A stretch of 64,000 nucleotides of DNA, taken from Planctomycetota bacterium. GTDB lineage: Bacteria > Planctomycetota > UBA8108 > SXIK01. The translations under genes were made by a program, and so were the position numbers. Location of the stretch: the NCBI GenBank assembly GCA_965223265.1, contig OZ244999.1:3456001-3520000 (forward strand), read 5' to 3'. Below are positions 57,751 to 64,000 of the stretch, piece after piece. Positions within the stretch are counted from its first letter, which is position 1; every line of letters starts with the position of its first letter. Under the pieces are notes generated by a model. It searched no databases. It was not told the origin of the DNA and saw only the letters and a program-made list of their open reading frames with translations.

Positions 57751-58998
57751 ATGCGTACGGAATCGACACCGATCAGGCAACGGATCCTGGCCATCGCCCT
57801 CGTGGGGATTTCGCTGGCGTGGATCATGGCTTTCAGCGGCTGCAGTACCGACCAGCGCCTCATCATCGAGATCGAGCAACAGTCTGCTCAGCCGTGGACG
57901 CATCTCGAGCTCAACAACGCCGCTGAAAACTTTCAATTCGCTATCGTTGCGGACCGCACCGGCGGGCTGCGCCCAGGAGTCTTCGGCGAAGCGGTGCAAA
58001 AGCTCAACCTTCTGCAGCCCGAGTTCGTCATGAGCATCGGTGACTTGATCCAGGGTGGCACGGAAGATCTGAAACAGCTCGAGATCGAGTGGGATGAATT
58101 TGAAGGGCTCGTCGCTGGACTGGAAATGCCGTTCTTCTACCTACCGGGAAACCACGACATCTCCAACACCGTGATGGAAAAGGTGTGGGCGGAGCGGTTC
58201 GGCCGCACCTACTATCACTTCGTGTATCACGACGTTCTCTTCCTCTGTCTCAACACGGAGGATCCCCCGCCGACGAACCTGAGTGACGCGCAGATCGACT
58301 ACTTCAAGGGCGTCCTCGCCGAAAACACGGACGTGCGTTGGACTTTGGTCTTTCTTCACAAGCCGCTCTGGGCTCGCAGCGAAGACAGCGGTTGGCCCCG
58401 CGTCGAGGAGCTTCTTCAAGGGCGTGATTACACCGTCTTCGCCGGCCACACCCACAAATACGTCAAGTACGAACGCTTTGATCAGCGCTACATCGTGCTA
58501 GCGACGACCGGTGGAAGCAGCCGACTTCGTGGCCGTTCATTTGGCGAGTTCGACCACGTCATGTGGGTGACGATGACTGCCGAAGGGCCTGTGCTGGCCA
58601 ATCTCATGCTCGACGGGATTTGGGATGAGGACGTGCGCACGGAGGATGTCGCTGTTTTGGTCAAAAAGGTGACCGATGGGCGGGCGGTGAGATTCGAACC
58701 GAATCCGACGGCGACATCCCCACGCCTCTTGAAAGTACGGCTCACCAACGACGCGGATCTACCGGCACGCCTCACCCTGAGGTTTCCAGCGCAGCACGGA
58801 GTGACGGTGGCGCCCGAGAGTGTCGAGCAGACGATCTCGCCGAACTCTTTCGAGTTTGTCGAGTTCGCCATCACTCCGGGCGGCGCCGGTGCGCCTATCG
58901 AGGCCGAAAAGCTCCAGCTCGAATACGCGCTCGTGTACGACCTCGACGGCGAATCGGTGGAGGTGCGCGGCACGGCATCGCCGAAGAGGGCGCCATAG
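57751..58998 (+). CDS. Calcineurin-like metallophosphoesterase lipoprotein
   Basis: FSG-C; VAD, GDLI, GNHD, HKP, AGHTH. Confidence 0.88.
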   Translation: MRTESTPIRQRILAIALVGISLAWIMAFSGCSTDQRLIIEIEQQSAQPWTHLELNNAAENFQFAIVADRTGGLRPGVFGEAVQKLNLLQPEFVMSIGDLIQGGTEDLKQLEIEWDEFEGLVAGLEMPFFYLPGNHDISNTVMEKVWAERFGRTYYHFVYHDVLFLCLNTEDPPPTNLSDAQIDYFKGVLAENTDVRWTLVFLHKPLWARSEDSGWPRVEELLQGRDYTVFAGHTHKYVKYERFDQRYIVLATTGGSSRLRGRSFGEFDHVMWVTMTAEGPVLANLMLDGIWDEDVRTEDVAVLVKKVTDGRAVRFEPNPTATSPRLLKVRLTNDADLPARLTLRFPAQHGVTVAPESVEQTISPNSFEFVEFAITPGGAGAPIEAEKLQLEYALVYDLDGESVEVRGTASPKRAP

Positions 58999-59033
58999 CA
59001 TGGCCTGTCAACTAAGAACTCTGTGTCCGTCCG

Positions 59034-59218
59034 GGGCTCGCTCAGCAACGGCAAACGGCGTTCGCCTACGATTGCGGACGCGCACAAGAGATCTTCACAA
59101 CACCGAAGCTCTTGCTCTTTGCTCTTCAACTTCATAGTAGCAGGCACACGCCGTGTGCCGTTCGGGCTCGCTCAGCAACGGCAAACGGCGTTCGCCTACG
59201 ATTGCGGACGCGCACAAG
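59034..59218. repeat. REP/REPIN-like repeats: two identical 55-bp direct repeats plus GTAG-type palindromes
   Basis: 59034-59088 = 59164-59218; minus-strand GTAGGCGAACGCCGTTTGCC; plus-strand GTAGCAGGCACACGCCGTGTGCCGTT at 59137-59162. Confidence 0.8.
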
Positions 59219-59484
59219 GGGGATTCTTAGCTCCAGGGCTCGAGGCATTTGGGTTATTGGTCTCCGCAACACCGCGGAGGCACGCCTGATGGCCTGACTG
59301 ATACAGAAGATACTGTCCCGTGCGGAGGCCTCGAGGATTGTCTCTTATGTATTGTTGTATTCTGTAGAATTGCGCCGCCGATCGCACCAGATGGTCGAAG
59401 CTCTCTTCCTGCCAGAAACGCCCTGCCTGCCCGAGCACGTTGTTGATCTTCCTGGCTGTGAACTTCTTCCACGAATAGCATTGC
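59196..59484 (-). pseudogene. 3' fragment of a REP-associated tyrosine transposase (RAYT, IS200-like Y1)
   Basis: SWKKFTARKINNVLGQAGRFWQEESFDHLVR...YIRDNP; 5' part missing at the MITE boundary. Confidence 0.82.
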
Positions 59485-59488
59485 TTAA

Positions 59489-59647
59489 CAGCCTGTTGAA
59501 GAAGTGCTTCGAGCCGAAAACTGGTCTCTTCGCGTCCAGATCGGCCGCGGCAAACGCAGGTAATCTCCGAGATTTTCGAGTATTGACGCCGTCGAGCTGG
59601 GCGTGAAGAGGCCGGTTTCTCGGCCGAATGACTTTTTCAACGGGCTG
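59489..59647 (+). mobile_element. MITE copy 4 (short class, 159 bp)
   Basis: Nearly identical to 19855..20013; flanks are TTAA (left) and CTAG (right). Confidence 0.9.
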
Positions 59648-59663
59648 CTAGCTCGAGTTTGGC

Positions 59664-61651
59664 GTACGCCGTGAAAAGGCACGAATCCTCAGTGGGTGAG
59701 AATCCCACCCGGCAACTGGTCGCTCCAGCCGGTAGCACCCGGAGCGACGGAGGGAGGTAACGACCTACGTCGAAGTACTTCAGGAAAAGGGTCGCTGGGC
59801 GACCCAGCGAGCACGCAGGCCGTAACGTGAGTGAACGCCGAGCAGGCCTCGAAAGAGTCAATGCAGGAGCCGACCCTCCGCTAAACAGGGGAAGGCTGCC
59901 AACCAATGGACGAGAAGAGCGACAGCATCCAATGGTTCCTGCCGGGGTAGTGGCGATGGCATGCGTGCCAACGGAGATTCGATGCAACACGGGAAACCCC
60001 GACGGTGGCGCGGCGTGAGCGCCAAACCGGAGCTCCGCGAGGAGCCGGCCGGGCCGTCCGGGGCGGCGGATAGGCCCGTAGTACCGCAGACGCCGGGTAA
60101 TGCCGGTTGAGGGAAGGGGCCTTAGTTCAAGGTTAACGTCAGAAGCCATGAGAGCCGGGAGATTGGCATGAGCCTACCAACCCCACCAAAGGTTCGGACG
60201 CTGCAGGCGGCGTTACATACCAAAGCGAAGGAATCGCCCAACTTTCATTTCTATGCCCTCTACGACAAGGTGTATCGACCGGACGTTCTCGAACACGCCT
60301 ACCGCTGCTGCCGTGCCAACGGTGGAGCCACAGGAGTGGACGGCGAGCGTTTCGAAGACATCGAGAGAGAAGGTCTCGAACGGTGGTTGGACGAACTGAC
60401 GAAGGAGCTCAAAGAGAAGAGGTATCGTCCGCAAGCGGTTCGCCGGGTGTATATTCCGAAGGCGAATGGTAAGCAGCGGCCGTTGGGTATCCCAACGATC
60501 CGCGACCGTGTCGTGCAGACGGCAGCCGTGCTGATCCTCGAAGCGATATTCGAGGCAGACCTGCAGCCGGAGCAGTACGCCTACCGTCCCAACCGTAGCG
60601 CTTTGGAGGCCATAGGCAAGATCCACTCGCTACTGAATACTGGCCACACAGAGGTCATCGACGCAGACTTAAGCGGCTACTTCGACACGATCCCACACAC
60701 CGAGCTCATGAAATCGGTGGCACGTCGCATCAGTGATAAACAGGTACTGCATCTGATCAAGATGTGGCTTGTCGCGCCGGTAGAAGAGACGGACGAGCGG
60801 GGTCGAAAACATCGAACGACGCGCAATAAGGACGAGGGCCGGGGCTGTCCGCAAGGCGCTCCGATCTCACCGCTGCTTAGTAACCTCTACATGCGACGAT
60901 TCATCGTGGGTTGGAAGGTGCTCGGGTACCAAAGGCGCTTGCGCGCCCGAATTGTCAACTACGCCGACGACTTCGTGATCTGCTGTCGCGACAGTGCCGA
61001 CGAGGCCATGCGCGTGATGAGGAACATGATGCAACGGCTGAAGCTGACGGTGAACGAGTCAAAGACACGTCAATGCAGCGTCCCGGACGAAACGTTCGAC
61101 TTTCTGGGCTACACGCTGGGAAGGTGCTGGTCGCCTAAGACGGGTCGAGCCTACATCGGCACACGCCCGTCCAAGAAGAAGGTCGTGGGGCTTTGCCGCA
61201 CGATTAGTGAAAAGACCAGCCGTCGCTGGAGTGCCCGCGACGCCAAGGAGCTCGTAGCTGAACTCAACCGAACCATGATCGGATGGGCCAACTACTTCCG
61301 CCTTGGGCCTGTTAGCAAGGCCTATGCCACCGTGGATTTCCACGCCGGCAACCGGCTGCGTCAGTGGTTGTGCCGTAAACACAAAGTGCCGAGTCGAGGA
61401 ACGTCACGATTTCCCGACACATACCTGCACCGCGTACTCGGTCTAGTCCGACTCACTGAACGGACGCGCAACTTTCCGTGGGCGAAAGTATGAACCTTGT
61501 CCGAAAGCCGGATGCGGGAAAACCGCACGTCCGGTTTGATGAGCGGGAGGTGGAAACAGGGCACGGTCTGAGGCTATTTGGCACCGGCAGACGAAAGAGC
61601 CGGAAACGGAAAGTCCTTGGCCTAAACCACTGCGCCACCTCTCGACTCTAC
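59664..61651 (+). ncRNA. Group II intron ribozyme (ORF-containing, no endonuclease domain)
   Basis: 5' GTACG; DII/DIII-like GGGAAACCC and GGGTAATGCCGG..GAGGGAAGG; DV AAGCCGGATGCGGGAAAACCGCACGTCCGGTTT near 61505; long DVI ending CTCGACTCTAC. Confidence 0.88.
60168..61493 (+). CDS. ltrA: Group II intron reverse transcriptase/maturase
   Basis: GVDG, YIPKANGKQRPLGIPTIRDRVVQ, DADLSGYFD, GCPQGAPISP, YADD, FDFLG, X domain GWANYF. Confidence 0.95.
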   Translation: MSLPTPPKVRTLQAALHTKAKESPNFHFYALYDKVYRPDVLEHAYRCCRANGGATGVDGERFEDIEREGLERWLDELTKELKEKRYRPQAVRRVYIPKANGKQRPLGIPTIRDRVVQTAAVLILEAIFEADLQPEQYAYRPNRSALEAIGKIHSLLNTGHTEVIDADLSGYFDTIPHTELMKSVARRISDKQVLHLIKMWLVAPVEETDERGRKHRTTRNKDEGRGCPQGAPISPLLSNLYMRRFIVGWKVLGYQRRLRARIVNYADDFVICCRDSADEAMRVMRNMMQRLKLTVNESKTRQCSVPDETFDFLGYTLGRCWSPKTGRAYIGTRPSKKKVVGLCRTISEKTSRRWSARDAKELVAELNRTMIGWANYFRLGPVSKAYATVDFHAGNRLRQWLCRKHKVPSRGTSRFPDTYLHRVLGLVRLTERTRNFPWAKV

Positions 61652-62194
61652 CGATTCGCGCCGGCCTGGCCGGACGAGTTTCGCGGGGATTCAAAGGCCC
61701 TTTCAACTTTTTTGTACCTTGAAAGCCCTTGTGCATGTTCAATAACTCCTGTCCGGCCCTTCGGGGAACGCCAGGAGCGCCGATGCCCGCGCCCGAGTCG
61801 TTCCTTGGCCTCGACGCTCCTGGCGCTGGCAGGCTCGACGCGAAATGGCCAAACTGGATGAGGATTTGGGCGAGCGAAGCCGAGTCCAAATCCTGAGTTC
61901 AAGGAGCCTCGCGGCTCCTCGTTGGCCGCAGGAGCGACCGTCGGACGTGATGGGAAACGCTTCGATTTGACGGCGAGGTCAGAGGGAGAGGCAGCGGCGA
62001 TAAGGCTCACGCGAGGGAGCCCCAGGAGCGGAATCAACCGCGTGAACGGTGTCTGCGACGTGCTGAGCGCACCGAATCTCGCGTTGGCAGTCGCGCTGGT
62101 CACTGTGGGAGCAGACCGGGGGCGCCCCGCCGTTGGCATGGCGGGTTTTCGGGCGCAGTGGGTCGTTCGGTGGGAGAGTGTTCACGGTGTCTTT

Positions 62195-63326
62195 CTACCG
62201 GGAGTCGCGGAAACCGACGCGATGAAAGACGATCGCAATGACATGTAGCCGGCCTCCGCAGCACGAGCAGAAGGGGTGTTCGGTGGGACTGTCCGTCGTC
62301 GTCGATGGCGCCGCCCTGGCTCCGTTCGCATCGGAATGAATCTGTGCGCCGTCGGCGGGAGGGTTCACTCTAGCGACAAAGACTCGCACCTCGTGGAGGG
62401 AGACGGCGCTTTGCGGACTGAGGAATCCGTAGTGACGCACCTTCTGTAGCCCCCGAGGTAGGACGTGCTGGAGGAAGCGGCGGATGAACTCCAGAGCATC
62501 GAGCTCCATGGTCCGCCACCGCCGACTGCCCGACTTCTTCCAGCGAAAGCGAACGCGACCATCGTCGCAGGAGACGATGCGGGCATTGGAGATCGCTACG
62601 CGAAAGACGTAGCGTGATAGATACGTGAGTGTCGACTCGCCGTCACCGACGGCGCGCGAGTCGGTGACGAAGTTCTCTGTCCACACCGCAGGCGCAATGT
62701 CCTTGAGAAGACCAGCCCGCTGCAGCTCGTGGCGGAATTTGGCGCGAAAGATCTTCGACAGCGCCTTGACCGGCACGAGAAAGTCGGGGCGCGAGGTGAT
62801 CCAGCTCGCACCATCGTCGCTCAAGCCGCCGGCCGGCACCAACACGTGCAGGTGCGGGTGATATGCCAACGCCCGTCCCCAAGTGTGCAGAACCGCGGTG
62901 AAGCCAAAGGCGCGCCGCACCGAGAAAGCGTGGATCGCGTGCGAGCTTCTGAAGCGATTCAGCGGCGGCGCGAAAGAGCGCCCGGTAGCAGGCACGCTGC
63001 TGCGAGCGCACGAAGGGTCGTAGCGTTGCGGGCAGAGTGAATGTAAGGAGAAAGTAGGGCACCTCGAGTCGATGCTGTAATTGCTCGGCGAGCCAGCGCA
63101 CGTTCTTGGAGGACTGACAGCCCGGACAATGGCGGTTGCCGCACGAGCGGGGCGTCCGGTGAGAGCGAGCGCAGCTCTCGCAGCGCCAGCGCACGTAACC
63201 CAGATCGCCAGTGCCACAGGCGCTCAGCAGCGCCAGGACACGACGGTGCTGCAGAGGCACGCTGGAACCGTGACACTCCAGATACTCCTCGCCATAGCGC
63301 GTGAAAATCTCCGCAAGCGACGCCAC
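62195..63326 (-). pseudogene. IS91-family transposase with a one-base frameshift
   Basis: Zn-binding SCGNRHCPGCQ and TFTLP in one frame; LHTWG...HPHLH, YLSRY, RFLQHVLP, VRHYG in another; span 1132 nt = 3n+1; extra base in the AAA run 62906-62908. Confidence 0.85.
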
Positions 63327-63332
63327 GGTGCG

Positions 63333-64000
63333 CTATTGGCCGGCGTTCGTCCTCGCCGCTTTGCCCTCCTCTGAGCGAGGGCGTACCATGAGCGCGTTGA
63401 TCGTCGCGTGGGCCTGCTCTTCGCCATCACGTGTAAGGTGCAGGTAGATCGACGTAGCCTTGAGCGACCTGTGGCCGAGGTACTTCTGGATAACACGGAG
63501 GTTGACACCAGCCTCGAGTAAGTGTGTCGCATAGCTGTGGCGCAGAGTGTGGGGCGAAACGCGTTTCTTGATGCCAAGCTGCGTGGCGACGCGACGCAAC
63601 GCTGCCTGAGCTGTCTTCCTCGACACGGGCTGCGTGGCCGATCGTCCCTGCTTGTCCCCGCGGCCGCGGGCGGGGAAAAGAAGTCGCGGGTTGCGATGCG
63701 TCTTCCAGTAGCGGCGCAGCGCTTCGAGAGTATCGGGGGGAAGCGGCACATAGCGGTCAGCGGCACCCTTGCCGCCACGAACGTGCACGAAAGAGCGTGC
63801 CGCGTCGACATCTCCCACTTCGAGCGAGATGCCCTCAGAGATCCTCAGGCCAAGGGAGTAGATCATCCAGAAGCAGGTGCGCCACTGCTGGCTGCAGGTC
63901 GCCGCGATGATCTCGTGAACCTCTTCGACGCTGAGGACGTCTGGCAGCTTGGATTCCTTCGGCGTTCGCAAATCCTCCAGCGTCTTCCAGTCGCGCGGCA
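63333..64000 (-). CDS. Tyrosine recombinase/integrase (5' end outside the window)
   Basis: YSLGLRISE, GKG..DR, HTLRHSYATHLLEAG, LGH, TSIYLH. Confidence 0.92.
   Translation of the reverse strand, partial: PRDWKTLEDLRTPKESKLPDVLSVEEVHEIIAATCSQQWRTCFWMIYSLGLRISEGISLEVGDVDAARSFVHVRGGKGAADRYVPLPPDTLEALRRYWKTHRNPRLLFPARGRGDKQGRSATQPVSRKTAQAALRRVATQLGIKKRVSPHTLRHSYATHLLEAGVNLRVIQKYLGHRSLKATSIYLHLTRDGEEQAHATINALMVRPRSEEGKAARTNAGQ

Larger units (their letters stand above)
59652..61855. mobile_element. IS701-type miniature element (about 216 bp without the intron), left TIR split by the group II intron
   Basis: Joining 59652-59663 to 61652 onward gives CTCGAGTTTGGC|CGATTCGCG; inverted partner CGCGAAATGGCCAAACT at 61839-61855. 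Confidence 0.65.
61856..64000 (-). mobile_element. IS91-like element (HUH transposase + tyrosine recombinase), extends past the window
   Basis: Gene pair plus terminal hairpins 61861-61894 and 61902-61919 flanking GTTCAAG (61897-61903); left boundary inferred. Confidence 0.7.

Noticed and set aside
59034-59218. Two 55-bp direct repeats as a possible CRISPR array
   Set aside because: Only two units, long repeat, no cas genes; GTAG palindromes next to a RAYT fragment explain them better.
60168-61493. Reverse transcriptase as a retron, DGR or defence RT
   Set aside because: It has a maturase X domain and flanking DV/DVI ribozyme structure; no template/variable repeat pair or effector gene.
63333-64000. 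Tyrosine recombinase as an integron integrase or prophage boundary
   Set aside because: It lacks the IntI-specific insertion before the HxxRH box, no phage genes are visible, and it is paired with an IS91-like transposase.

Overview
GC-rich bacterial chromosomal segment, most likely Planctomycetota (inferred from two DUF1549/DUF1553-DUF1501 sets, an ECF sigma factor with a long C-terminal extension, DUF1080, a sulfatase and Cys-containing dockerin-like tails). Metabolic genes include a selD fusion, a Tat-exported xanthine-dehydrogenase-family molybdoenzyme operon with XdhC and small Cys-rich partners, an exported catabolic cluster, the glyoxylate shunt (aceBA) and a Rieske oxygenase. Mobile DNA: four copies of a 159/179-bp MITE, an intact IS701-like IS, and a nested hotspot at 59-64 kb (REPs + truncated RAYT, MITE, an IS701-type miniature element whose left TIR is split by a group II intron, and an IS91-like transposase/tyrosine recombinase unit). 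Best novelty candidates: (1) a ~1800-aa secreted protein with FG-GAP repeats, phospho-His and ATP-grasp domains in glucan-water-dikinase order, and a dockerin-like tail; (2) a membrane-anchored/exported WD40 protein with an in-frame UGA followed by a SECIS-like hairpin; (3) the intron-in-TIR nested element. No rRNA, tRNA or CRISPR array was seen. All family calls come from motif recognition by eye, not from database searches.
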